Part shown: one piece after another, positions 1-8,004 of the stretch
How the letters are laid out: every line of letters starts with the position of its first letter
How positions within the stretch are numbered: position 1 is the first letter of the stretch
Source of the DNA: an uncultured virus (IMG/VR IMGVR_UViG_3300029305_002672)
Taxonomy: Duplodnaviria; Heunggongvirae; Uroviricota; Caudoviricetes
Strand: one strand, 5' to 3'
DNA length: 20,000 bases
Virus record (IMG/VR): IMGVR_UViG_3300029305_002672
The notes under the pieces: generated by a model
What the model was told of the DNA's origin: nothing
Seen by the model: only the letters and a program-made list of their open reading frames with translations
The model's database searches: none
Made by a program: the position numbers and the translations under genes

Positions 1-188
1 ACAAAGAGGCGGCGCTGGACGCCTACCGTGCGCTTGAGGAATCGAAAGACACCGAGTATGGAGCCCCACAGAGGGAGCTATTCGCCGAAAAGTACGGTCG
101 GAGGCAGGCATACGCCCGCGTTTTGAGGGAGCTGCACGACGTCCGCCCGGAAGAGTTTCAACAAATTCTTGATAATTTGCACAAATGA
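1..188 (+). CDS. hypothetical protein, 5'-truncated (…KEAALDAYRALEE…QILDNLHK)
   Basis: Open frame 3 from the window edge to TGA at 186-188, codon usage like neighbours. Confidence 0.65.
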   Translation, partial: KEAALDAYRALEESKDTEYGAPQRELFAEKYGRRQAYARVLRELHDVRPEEFQQILDNLHK

Positions 189-195
189 GCGCGCC

Positions 196-311
196 GTTTT
201 TGTACAAAACGTAGAAAACAGAAAACTTTCAGAAAACCGCTTGAAATTTACCAGAAAAGTGGTATAATATACTCACAGCAAACGCACAGAAACAAGACAG
301 AAAAATAACAG
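196..311 (+). promoter_or_regulatory. sigma-A-type promoter P1 embedded in an 11-bp-phased CAG(AAA) array
   Basis: -35 TTGAAA 241-246, extended -10 TGG-TATAAT 260-268; CAG at 219, 230, 252, 276, 287, 298, 309; palindrome TTTTGTACAAAA 198-209. Confidence 0.85.
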
Positions 312-328
312 AAAGAGGAAACAAAAGC

Positions 329-529
329 ATGTTTAAAGCGGGTGACATAGTACAAGCAAAAAAAGAGTGGTTAGCCCCCTACGAAACGCAAGAGGACACG
401 ATGGGAATTGTTGTTGATTATAATCCCGACAATGATTATCTCCAAATTGGAGTCTTAAACCCTCAAGACTATGCGCTTCCGCCCATATTTAACGGCAGAG
501 GATGCTATTATGAGGTAGTAAAAAACTGA
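329..529 (+). CDS. hypothetical protein, SH3/KOW-like N-terminus (FKAGDIV)
   Basis: 66-aa ORF, RBS GAGG upstream, first gene after P1. Confidence 0.75.
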   Translation: MFKAGDIVQAKKEWLAPYETQEDTMGIVVDYNPDNDYLQIGVLNPQDYALPPIFNGRGCYYEVVKN

Positions 530-530
530 C

Positions 531-707
531 ATGAAAGTTTACAGAAAGCTCACGCTTGAGGAGCGAAAGAAGACGTTCGACAATTATCAAGCCCTCTGTG
601 CAGAGCACAGCGAACTGATACCTTTTGAGGACTTCGACCAGTACGACCGCGAACAAGAAAAGCTCGACCTGGTCTTCGATGCCGAGACGCTTGAATGCCT
701 CGGATGA
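531..707 (+). CDS. small acidic hypothetical protein (58 aa, MKVYRKLTLEERK…)
   Basis: ATG 531 right after the previous stop, GAGG upstream, TGA 705-707; below the ORF-track size cutoff. Confidence 0.7.
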   Translation: MKVYRKLTLEERKKTFDNYQALCAEHSELIPFEDFDQYDREQEKLDLVFDAETLECLG

Positions 708-735
708 ACCGCGCACATAAAGAAAGGAAAGTAAC

Positions 736-927
736 ATGAAACTGTACGACCTCGCAATGACAATCGAGCACGCTGACCAAAAGGTCCGCGTGCTTGACAG
801 CAAAACCCAGCGCGAGTGCTTTTCGGGCACCGCCGACCAGCTCCTCGACTATTCCGGGCTCAATTATAGAAGGGTGACCGGAATATCCCTTGAGGGCGAC
901 GTACTGAAAGTACGGGCGAAGGTATAA
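736..927 (+). CDS. hypothetical protein
   Basis: 63-aa ORF with GAAAGGA RBS. Confidence 0.75.
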   Translation: MKLYDLAMTIEHADQKVRVLDSKTQRECFSGTADQLLDYSGLNYRRVTGISLEGDVLKVRAKV

Positions 928-931
928 GCGT

Positions 932-1174
932 ATGAAGGTGAAAGACGTTTTGAAAGGCTTGCAATCAAAATACGATTTGCAAGAAATCAATATTATTGAA
1001 CCCGATAGGGTCATTTATAGCGGAACCCTTGACGGTTGGAAAGCAACCTCGGTCGATATGATTCTATACAAGAAGAAAATCGAAAGCCAAGAAGTAGAGC
1101 ACAAAATTATATTTAACAATCGTAAAGCATTCTTGTTTATAGCGCCGATTGGTGCATTTTACCCTGTAAAGTAA
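932..1174 (+). CDS. hypothetical protein
   Basis: 80-aa ORF 4 nt after the previous stop, AAGGT upstream. Confidence 0.7.
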   Translation: MKVKDVLKGLQSKYDLQEINIIEPDRVIYSGTLDGWKATSVDMILYKKKIESQEVEHKIIFNNRKAFLFIAPIGAFYPVK

Positions 1175-1230
1175 CACCACCAGAGCGTTCTATATCACAG
1201 AACACAGAACAATAGAAAGGAGGAACCACC

Positions 1231-1416
1231 ATGAAAAAGATTATCCAAGCAATCGCAGACTTCTTTACCGGCTTTGCGGTGGTGCTCGACGAGAGCCGCC
1301 GCACCAATGAGGACGGCTCCTGGGACAAGTATTGGGAGCGCCGCAACCGCAGAGAAGCGCGCAGAGAGGCAAAAATCGCCCACAAGCGCACAAAAAGCCA
1401 AGCTTGGCAGAGTTGA
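1231..1416 (+). CDS. small basic hypothetical protein
   Basis: 61-aa ORF with perfect AAAGGAGG RBS. Confidence 0.75.
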   Translation: MKKIIQAIADFFTGFAVVLDESRRTNEDGSWDKYWERRNRREARREAKIAHKRTKSQAWQS

Positions 1417-1489
1417 ACGCCGAGCCGAATAAAACGCGCCACGCGGCAAATTTTCGGCATCGTGGCGGCAAAATCAGGAGGAAGCAGAC

Positions 1490-1783
1490 ATGACAAACAC
1501 AAAATTCCCGCTCGGAACGCTCGTCATCACCCCAAACGCAAAGGCGGCACTCGACGCACTCGATGCAAACGGACTCGCTGAGATGTTCATCGCGCTCATG
1601 GGAAGACACGCAAAGGGCGATTGGGGCGAAATCTCGGATGACAGCAAGGAAGCAAACGACGAATCCGTGAAGAACGGAGGGGACATGATTCTGTCCGCCT
1701 ACACTATCGGAGACACCCGCTTCTGGATCATCACCGAGCACGACCGCTCCGCAACCACCATCCTGCTCCCCGAAGACTATTAA
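1490..1783 (+). CDS. conserved mobile-element protein (RHxxGDWG…LSAY…WIITExDRSxTTILLPxxY family), function unknown
   Basis: Motifs recognised from plasmid/ICE/phage proteins; AGGAGG RBS. Confidence 0.8.
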   Translation: MTNTKFPLGTLVITPNAKAALDALDANGLAEMFIALMGRHAKGDWGEISDDSKEANDESVKNGGDMILSAYTIGDTRFWIITEHDRSATTILLPEDY

Positions 1784-1829
1784 TAGAGGGCGGCCATTGT
1801 GCCGCCTCCCCTCAAAGAAAGGAAATACT

Positions 1830-2162
1830 ATGGAAACAAGAACGATTACCCAGGTAAGAGTTTACAAGCTCATTCTGAACCCTATGACGGCAAACGCAGA
1901 GGCTGGCGAATTAGTCGCCGCCAGCACCGACTATCAAAAACTGGTCGACTGGTACAATTCCCAAAAGGCTCCCGAACCGTGGAGAGACGGGCAATGGAAC
2001 AAAGTATTTGCAGAAGGCTCTCCTCTGGAATGGCACAACCCCGCTGATAATCTTGAACTGAATGCCCCCGATATATTTAATCACGGGATTCGTGATGAAT
2101 GGGTCGCGGAGTCAGTGTATATTGACGTTATCAACTCCGGAAGATTGCTCATTATTGAATAA
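1830..2162 (+). CDS. hypothetical protein
   Basis: GAAAGGA RBS places the start at ATG 1830 rather than 1797. Confidence 0.75.
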   Translation: METRTITQVRVYKLILNPMTANAEAGELVAASTDYQKLVDWYNSQKAPEPWRDGQWNKVFAEGSPLEWHNPADNLELNAPDIFNHGIRDEWVAESVYIDVINSGRLLIIE

Positions 2163-2195
2163 TGCCCCATCAAAAGAAAGGTATAGGTAAGACAA

Positions 2196-2450
2196 GTGAT
2201 TAAATGCAAATGGATTAAGAAGACAGACAAAGCAAAATATAAAATCAAGGGCAACGTTAAAGCAATTGCTCTTGAAGTGCTGACGGTCATCAAAGAAGCT
2301 TATCAAATAGCCTCTCCCCTCGAAAGAGCAATGCTCAAAGATTTAATCCTCTCCAATTTGAAAGATAACGGTCCTGTGTTCGGCGGCATACCAATGACCG
2401 TCAAATACGACCCTCCGTTATCAAAAGACACCGAAAATTCCCCTAATTAA
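2196..2450 (+). CDS. hypothetical protein
   Basis: 84-aa ORF, GTG start, AGGT upstream. Confidence 0.55.
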   Translation: MIKCKWIKKTDKAKYKIKGNVKAIALEVLTVIKEAYQIASPLERAMLKDLILSNLKDNGPVFGGIPMTVKYDPPLSKDTENSPN

Positions 2451-2515
2451 CCCCATTCTAAAAACTCAAAAAATACCCCCAAATAACCAAACCTACGACC
2501 CCTCCCAGAACGCCC

Positions 2516-2556
2516 TGTGGATTGGTCTGTGGATAACCCCAAAAACCTGTTGACAA
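2516..2556. promoter_or_regulatory. DnaA-box cluster (one perfect, two degenerate)
   Basis: TGTGGATAA 2528-2536 (reverse complement of TTATCCACA); TGTGGATTG 2516-2524; TGTTGACAA 2548-2556; same orientation, intergenic. Confidence 0.45.
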
Positions 2557-2575
2557 AGAAAGAAAGGAAACCAAA

Positions 2576-4432
2576 ATGAGCAAGACAAGCAACAACCCCG
2601 CTGACCTCGTCAACGCGCTTCGCACGATGACCGAGCAGCCAGACTCCCACCAGCGCATGGTGTACATCCCCATCGGAGACTTACTCCCGCACCCTGACAA
2701 CCCCCGTCAAGACTTGGGCGACCTGTCCGAGCTGACCGACAGCATCATAGCCAACGGCGTGATGCAGAACCTCACCGTAGTACCGTGCATCAAAGACTCC
2801 AACACATACGACCGTATGCTGGACGGACGTGATGACGGAGCCATAAGGTATTCGGAAGCTTACCGCCAACACGCCATCACCCACGCCTTCACCAACAAGT
2901 ACACCGTAGTCATCGGACACCGCCGCCTTGCCGCCTCCGACCTGGCGGGACTGAAAGAGCTGCCGTGCGTGATAGTCGATATGGACTATCCCACCCAGAT
3001 CGCGACCATGATGACCGAGAACCTGCAGCGTCGAGACTTGACGGTCTACGAGCAGGCGCAGGGCTTCAAGCAGCTGTCCATCAACTTCGGCATGAGCGCA
3101 GAGCGTATCGCCGAAAAGACAGGCTTCTCGGCCACAACGGTACGCCGACGTCTGAAGCTGTGCGACCTGAACCAAGACACTCTCAAGGAAGTGTCCGGGC
3201 GTCAGATCAACATGACGGACTTTGAGCGCCTCGACAAAATCGACGACCCCAAGCTCCGCGATGAGGCATTAAAGGAAATCGGCACGTTTAACTTCAACAA
3301 CAAGTGCTATGTTGCCGAGCAGGAGATTAAGAAAAAGAAAAAGAGGGAAGCATGGCAGAAAATCTGCAAGGAAGCCGGACTAATTGAGGTGTCCGAGAAC
3401 ACGGGCAACAAGAGAGACAAATACGACTATGTCGCCGGTCTTTACGGCGATACGCCCAGCCGTGAGCAGATCGAAAAGTACATTACTGACGGTCGCACGC
3501 TTTACTTCTACATCGACCGCTGGGGATACGCATACATCGTATCTCGCAAGGATGACGAAAACTCCATCACACCCGAGCAGCTGAAGAAACAGGAGGAGGA
3601 GCAAAAGCGCGAAGCCACATGCGCTGCCCTTGCAGAAGCTTTGGAGAGGGCATTCAAACTGCGATACGACTTCATCGACTCATTTACCGAGACCACGGCA
3701 AAGAAGCACGTGCCTGAGATTATGCGATTTGCAGCCCGTGTGAACGTCTGCTACGGCGGGGACTTCGACAGTGAGCTGTTTTGGAAGCTCATGGGTGGCA
3801 CCGAGGAGCGGTGGGAAGAGCTTGAGGATGCAGAGTGGGACGAAGTCTACGCATCGGTCAAAGACTCTGTGACAGATGCCCCCCACTTTGCCGCGCTGGC
3901 CATGGCTTATGCCGGCTTCTGCGATACACCTAACAACCATTGCTATGACTATTGGGGCAACTATGTAAAATCACCCCAGCTGTCGGATTTGTATGAGCAC
4001 CTCTGCGAGCTCGGATACGAGATGTCGGATGAAGAGAGGGAGCTGATGGACGGTACCAGCGCGCTCTACCATCGAAACGAAGCTGAGGAGCCTGCCCAGG
4101 AAGAGCCCGACGAGGAAACCCCGGAAGATGCCATCGAGGAAACTGTGGCAGAGGAGATCGCCGAGGAAATAGATGACGAGGATGAGCCGAAAACACGCTT
4201 TGATGTATTCTCCCAGATGAGCCCAGAAACCATCATGGAGAAATTCGGGTGTAATCGCACAAATGCGGTCTGTATGGTAAATACGGAGACGCCGCAAGCC
4301 ATGGCGGATAGCATATACAACTGGTTCTGCCCTCCCGGCAAGAACTGTGAGCACAACGTCGACGGCGGCTGCGTCGGCTGCATCGAAGCATGGCTGAAAG
4401 AGCCCTACCAAGAAGGCGAACTAAATGGCTGA
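2576..4432 (+). CDS. parB: ParB/RepB/Spo0J-family protein (ParB N-terminal domain + HTH) with long C-terminal extension
   Basis: PHPDNPRQ, L.DSI..NGVMQNL.V, IGHRRLAA, ENLQRRDL motifs and HTH SAERIAEKTGFSATTVRRRL; GAAAGGA RBS. Confidence 0.88.
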   Translation: MSKTSNNPADLVNALRTMTEQPDSHQRMVYIPIGDLLPHPDNPRQDLGDLSELTDSIIANGVMQNLTVVPCIKDSNTYDRMLDGRDDGAIRYSEAYRQHAITHAFTNKYTVVIGHRRLAASDLAGLKELPCVIVDMDYPTQIATMMTENLQRRDLTVYEQAQGFKQLSINFGMSAERIAEKTGFSATTVRRRLKLCDLNQDTLKEVSGRQINMTDFERLDKIDDPKLRDEALKEIGTFNFNNKCYVAEQEIKKKKKREAWQKICKEAGLIEVSENTGNKRDKYDYVAGLYGDTPSREQIEKYITDGRTLYFYIDRWGYAYIVSRKDDENSITPEQLKKQEEEQKREATCAALAEALERAFKLRYDFIDSFTETTAKKHVPEIMRFAARVNVCYGGDFDSELFWKLMGGTEERWEELEDAEWDEVYASVKDSVTDAPHFAALAMAYAGFCDTPNNHCYDYWGNYVKSPQLSDLYEHLCELGYEMSDEERELMDGTSALYHRNEAEEPAQEEPDEETPEDAIEETVAEEIAEEIDDEDEPKTRFDVFSQMSPETIMEKFGCNRTNAVCMVNTETPQAMADSIYNWFCPPGKNCEHNVDGGCVGCIEAWLKEPYQEGELNG

Positions 4433-4832
4433 ACGTAAGCAGACCGTCTTTGCTACGGACTTCACCTGCGACGGTAAATGCTCAAACTGCGGCTGTTGCT
4501 GCAGCGGGATGCTTCCTCTCTCCTCCAAAGAGGTCAAGACCATCAAAGCCTACATGAGGAAGCATCCCATCAAAGAGCAACGACATAATGCGGCGTCGGG
4601 CACCGACCTGACTTGCCCTTTTAGAGATGAGCGGAATCGGAAGTGCCTAATCTACGAAGTCCGCCCGGCGATATGCCGCACATTTATCTGCAATCAGTCT
4701 TTGCCGGAGATGGAGAGAAACAAGGCACGGTTCAACTCCATCTATGACACGGTATTCATGAGGGCGGAGTTCTTCGGGAACACCGAGGACAGAGACTGGT
4801 TCCGCGAAACCATGAAACAAATAATGCTCTGA
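4425..4832 (+). CDS. YkgJ-family (CxxCxxCC) cysteine-cluster protein
   Basis: CSNCGCCC…CPF…CLIYEVRPAICRTFIC signature. Confidence 0.85.
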   Translation: MAERKQTVFATDFTCDGKCSNCGCCCSGMLPLSSKEVKTIKAYMRKHPIKEQRHNAASGTDLTCPFRDERNRKCLIYEVRPAICRTFICNQSLPEMERNKARFNSIYDTVFMRAEFFGNTEDRDWFRETMKQIML

Positions 4833-4860
4833 CCAGAGCACCATCAAGGAGATAACGTAA

Positions 4861-5259
4861 ATGACCGAATTAGAAAAAGCCAGAGCCAACCGCTTTGCAG
4901 AGATTGATTTTAACAAATTGGCGGCTGAGCTTAGTAAAGATTTTGAATCACTTCACGATATTGTAAAAAACAATACTTTTAGCACCTTGCGCCAAACCCC
5001 AGCCACTGTTCTAAACCCCACCGTGAACGTTGTATTAGCACTCAACAACTTTATAAACGCTTTGCGAATTGAAGGGCGTGACATTCCATTAGTTGTCGGA
5101 GGAATCCTCGTTCTTTTGGAAACCATATACGTCCAAATGGATGAGCAAGAAAAGCTTGTCGCAGAGGCAATCAAGAATATCATTATGCCCGGCGTGACGT
5201 CGGTAAATATGAGCTATCTGGCAAAGGAAGGCAGAAAGAACGGTGGCTCACAAGTATAA
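4861..5259 (+). CDS. hypothetical helical protein
   Basis: 132-aa ORF, AAGGAG RBS; looks more AT-rich than flanking genes. Confidence 0.75.
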   Translation: MTELEKARANRFAEIDFNKLAAELSKDFESLHDIVKNNTFSTLRQTPATVLNPTVNVVLALNNFINALRIEGRDIPLVVGGILVLLETIYVQMDEQEKLVAEAIKNIIMPGVTSVNMSYLAKEGRKNGGSQV

Positions 5260-6139
5260 AATCGGCGACCGTGTAGTATACCATGCCGTGCATTTTGGCA
5301 ACAGCGAGCTGGACGGAAGGACGGGCACCATCGTGATGATAGATGACACGGGATGCCCGTACACGGTCCGTCTGGATGAGCCGTATGCCTTTAGCGTGCG
5401 CGACACACGCATCAAGGGATACACCAAAAACCACGGCCGGCTATGGTGGTGCCAGGAAGCTAACCTGGCACCATTGGAAGAGTCGCAAACCAATCAAGAT
5501 ATACAAGACGAAAGTGAGATAGAAGAAATGGCAAAATTCGAATGGACTAACGAGAAAGTCGAGAAGCTGAAGGAGTTTGTCAGAGCAGGCAGGAGCCGCA
5601 CGGAAATGATGACTTATTTTGACTGCGACTATAAGGTCCTCGACAACAAACTGACAAAACTGCGCCAGGAAGACCCCACACTTCCCGGCGGGTACCGCAA
5701 AAAAGAAAATACGGAGGCAAAGCCTTCCGCCGAACCCGAGCAAGAGGGCGAGCTCAACGACCTGGAGCAAGCATTGGCTGATATCATCACCGAAAAGGAG
5801 AATGAGATCGACAAGCTCACGGGCGATATCAAAAACCTTCAAGACCAACTGCAGGAAAGCCAACTTTTGAATGAAGAGCTCGGGGTGCAAAACCGCGCTC
5901 TGTCCGATAAGGTAAATGACCTTGAGAGTGAGCTTCGGGACACGCTGGATGCGCTGAACATGACCGAGACCAGACTCGATGAGGAGCTGAAGAACCTCGT
6001 CGAGAAGAACAAACAGCTGGAAATGACACAAAACTCCCACGTGCAGGTTGTTGCCACCATCGGCAAGGAGAATGCCCGCCTGACCAGAATGGTCTTGAAA
6101 TTGGTAGAGCAGCTTCTGGGAGGAGATGAGGAACTGTGA
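5243..6139 (+). CDS. multidomain protein: SH3/KOW-like N-terminus, Myb/HTH-like middle, coiled-coil C-terminus
   Basis: YKIGDRV…GTIV; WTNEKVEKLKEFV.AG.S..EM; heptad-rich Leu/Glu tail. Confidence 0.7.
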   Translation: MAHKYKIGDRVVYHAVHFGNSELDGRTGTIVMIDDTGCPYTVRLDEPYAFSVRDTRIKGYTKNHGRLWWCQEANLAPLEESQTNQDIQDESEIEEMAKFEWTNEKVEKLKEFVRAGRSRTEMMTYFDCDYKVLDNKLTKLRQEDPTLPGGYRKKENTEAKPSAEPEQEGELNDLEQALADIITEKENEIDKLTGDIKNLQDQLQESQLLNEELGVQNRALSDKVNDLESELRDTLDALNMTETRLDEELKNLVEKNKQLEMTQNSHVQVVATIGKENARLTRMVLKLVEQLLGGDEEL

Positions 6140-6378
6140 AAGACAGATACCAACAATCCACCATAACATGGACGGGGGAAATTCCACCCCGAGAAAGGAG
6201 AAAAAACCGAATGAGATCAACAATATTCATTGTTATGTACTTTATATTCGCCATCGTTTTTGTGGGCTGCATAACAGCTGCGGCGGTCTTCTTTAACAAG
6301 AGCGGTCTGCTGTGGTGGTTTATACTGCCCACCATCACCACGTTCTTCGCGCTTATAAGCTGCGCCGGAAAGGAATGA
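6136..6378 (+). CDS. small membrane protein (2 predicted TM helices)
   Basis: Two hydrophobic stretches; GTGA overlap with the upstream gene; GAGG RBS. Confidence 0.7.
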   Translation: MKDRYQQSTITWTGEIPPRERRKNRMRSTIFIVMYFIFAIVFVGCITAAAVFFNKSGLLWWFILPTITTFFALISCAGKE

Positions 6379-6380
6379 CC

Positions 6381-6623
6381 ATGGCTGAGGACGTTAAGTA
6401 TGTCTACCGCGGCGAGTCGTACACAAAGGGCGAGGCAGCCGTGATGACTATTTACGAAATACGTAGAGGACTCGAAGTGTTCATATGGCGCGGTTACCGT
6501 TATCCGAACAGCCCTATACTGCGCTGCTATCCCCATAAAGCCACCGCGTGCGGGATTGGAGATGGCATAAACCGCCCTATGTTTAGGATGCATGAAAACA
6601 AACTGGTTTCAGAAAGGAAATAA
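6381..6623 (+). CDS. hypothetical protein
   Basis: GAAAGGA RBS before ATG 6381 (alternative ATG 6375). Confidence 0.6.
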   Translation: MAEDVKYVYRGESYTKGEAAVMTIYEIRRGLEVFIWRGYRYPNSPILRCYPHKATACGIGDGINRPMFRMHENKLVSERK

Positions 6624-6626
6624 GCA

Positions 6627-6968
6627 ATGACACCGATTATCATAATTACCGCCATCATTCTCAGCGCCTTGGTTGTTTCGGTTGTTATACTCATCAAATT
6701 ACACAACGCAGCCTACAACCACGCTATCATTATTTTCGCCATTGCATGGCGCAAAAAAGACCGTTTGGAAGCGGAAGACTTCCAGCACATAAACGATGTG
6801 GATTGGTCTGATATGGAGGACTTAGAAAAAACCTGCTACCGCCTGACAGATTGGGGATACAAGCGAATACTTCCGAAAGAGAAATATGAACTGATAGAAC
6901 CGTTCATCGACCGTAAGGCGGCTGTGAAAGAGTACCTTGAATGCATTAAACAACGTAACCACCCGTAA
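6627..6968 (+). CDS. hypothetical protein with N-terminal TM helix
   Basis: GAAAGGA RBS; hydrophobic residues 4-22. Confidence 0.75.
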   Translation: MTPIIIITAIILSALVVSVVILIKLHNAAYNHAIIIFAIAWRKKDRLEAEDFQHINDVDWSDMEDLEKTCYRLTDWGYKRILPKEKYELIEPFIDRKAAVKEYLECIKQRNHP

Positions 6969-7023
6969 AACAAAAGATAATTGCGCGAGAATCGCCCTGA
7001 GCAACACCCAGCATTTGTCAATC

Positions 7024-7141
7024 GGGGCAGAACGCCCCCAAAAACGCCCCACAACGCACGAAGCGGAGCGGAGGCACAGAAACCAACCCGCAAACCGAAA
7101 CGCCGCGCGAGGGGAGAATTTCAACCCCTCGGCGGCAGTTT
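7024..7141. other. structured intergenic element (nested or alternative imperfect hairpins)
   Basis: GGGGC/GCCCC 7024-7038; long rod about 7041-7121; competing GCCGC..GAGGGG/CCCCTC.GCGGC stem about 7098-7141. Confidence 0.5.
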
Positions 7142-7155
7142 GAGACAATATCACC

Positions 7156-7223
7156 TTGAACCCCCGGCAAATATGCTGTAGAATACACAGATAGAGACAA
7201 GTAAAGAAACAGATAGGAGGCAG
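7156..7223 (+). promoter_or_regulatory. parA promoter with downstream 11-bp-phased repeats (candidate operator/centromere)
   Basis: TTGAAC 7156-7161, 17-bp spacer, TAGAAT 7179-7184; CAG/AAG at 7188, 7199, 7210, 7221; ACAGATAG twice, 22 bp apart. Confidence 0.65.
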
Positions 7224-7227
7224 AAAG

Positions 7228-8004
7228 ATGCCGAAACGTATAATGTTCGCCCTCCAGAAAGGCGGAGTGGGAAAGACAAGCAGCACCGTGGTCGTAGCAG
7301 AAATACTCGCGGCTGCGGGATATAGGGTCCTTGTTGCGGACTTCGACTCTCAAGGCAATGCCACCAAGATTCTGACACAGGACAGCATATATAAATATTC
7401 CGGGAACACCATCATGGAAGCTATCCAGCAAAGGGACGCGGAACCGTACATCGTACCCATCAAGGACGGTCTCGACCTGATACCTGCAGAGGATAAGCTC
7501 GCCATGTTCAGCCGACACATCTACACCCATAAGATCGAGAACCCATACGGTGTACTGAAAAGGCTCCTGGAGCCGATAGAATCGGAGTATGACTTCGTCT
7601 TCATCGACGCCGGACCATCGCTGGGCGACCATATGATAAACGCCCTTGTGTACGTCGATGACGTCATCGTGCCGGTGGACATGGGAGACCTGGCGCTCGA
7701 TGCGTTGGTGCGCTTCGTTGAATTCGTCGATGCCACGCGAGAGGAAGGTCACACGAACGCCGAGATAACGGGCATCCTCCTCACCATGAAGGACGGTAGG
7801 GAGACCCGATACGAGCGGGACGTTGCTGCCGGGCTCCGCGCCGAGTACGGGGAGCTCGTCATAGACACGGCCATCCATCGACGTGTCAAAATCAAAGAAA
7901 TATCCGCAACAGGAATCAACCTAAACGAACCCGCCATGGAGGACTATTTCTCCCTCGTGGAGGAAATGATAGCGAGAATGAACCATAAGGAGGCAAGACC
8001 ATGA
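7228..8004 (+). CDS. parA: ParA/Soj-family Walker-A partition ATPase without N-terminal HTH
   Basis: QKGGVGKT deviant Walker A, DFDSQGNAT, YDFVFIDAGPS; AGGAGG RBS. Confidence 0.95.
   Translation: MPKRIMFALQKGGVGKTSSTVVVAEILAAAGYRVLVADFDSQGNATKILTQDSIYKYSGNTIMEAIQQRDAEPYIVPIKDGLDLIPAEDKLAMFSRHIYTHKIENPYGVLKRLLEPIESEYDFVFIDAGPSLGDHMINALVYVDDVIVPVDMGDLALDALVRFVEFVDATREEGHTNAEITGILLTMKDGRETRYERDVAAGLRAEYGELVIDTAIHRRVKIKEISATGINLNEPAMEDYFSLVEEMIARMNHKEARP

Noticed and set aside
196..311. Phased repeats considered as a CRISPR or mini-array
   Set aside because: Repeat unit is only 3-6 bp with an 11-bp period, no spacer-sized unique segments and no cas genes
1181..1217. CACAGAA x2 heptads before the gene at 1231 as a fifth phased promoter
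   Set aside because: Spacing is 7-8 bp rather than 11 and no convincing -35/-10 pair; at most a degenerate relic
1786..1808. GC-rich hairpin GAGGGCGGC/GCCGCCTC (and a similar stem at 1438-1466) as terminators
   Set aside because: No following U-tract on the coding strand; perhaps processing or stability stems but unsupported
2550..2555. Perfect TTGACA hexamer
   Set aside because: No -10 at the correct distance; that position falls on the start codon of the ParB-like gene
3704..3715. CACGTG cores (also near 6038 and 14172) as chromosomal-type parS
   Set aside because: Flanks do not match TGTTTCACGTGAAACA and all lie inside coding regions
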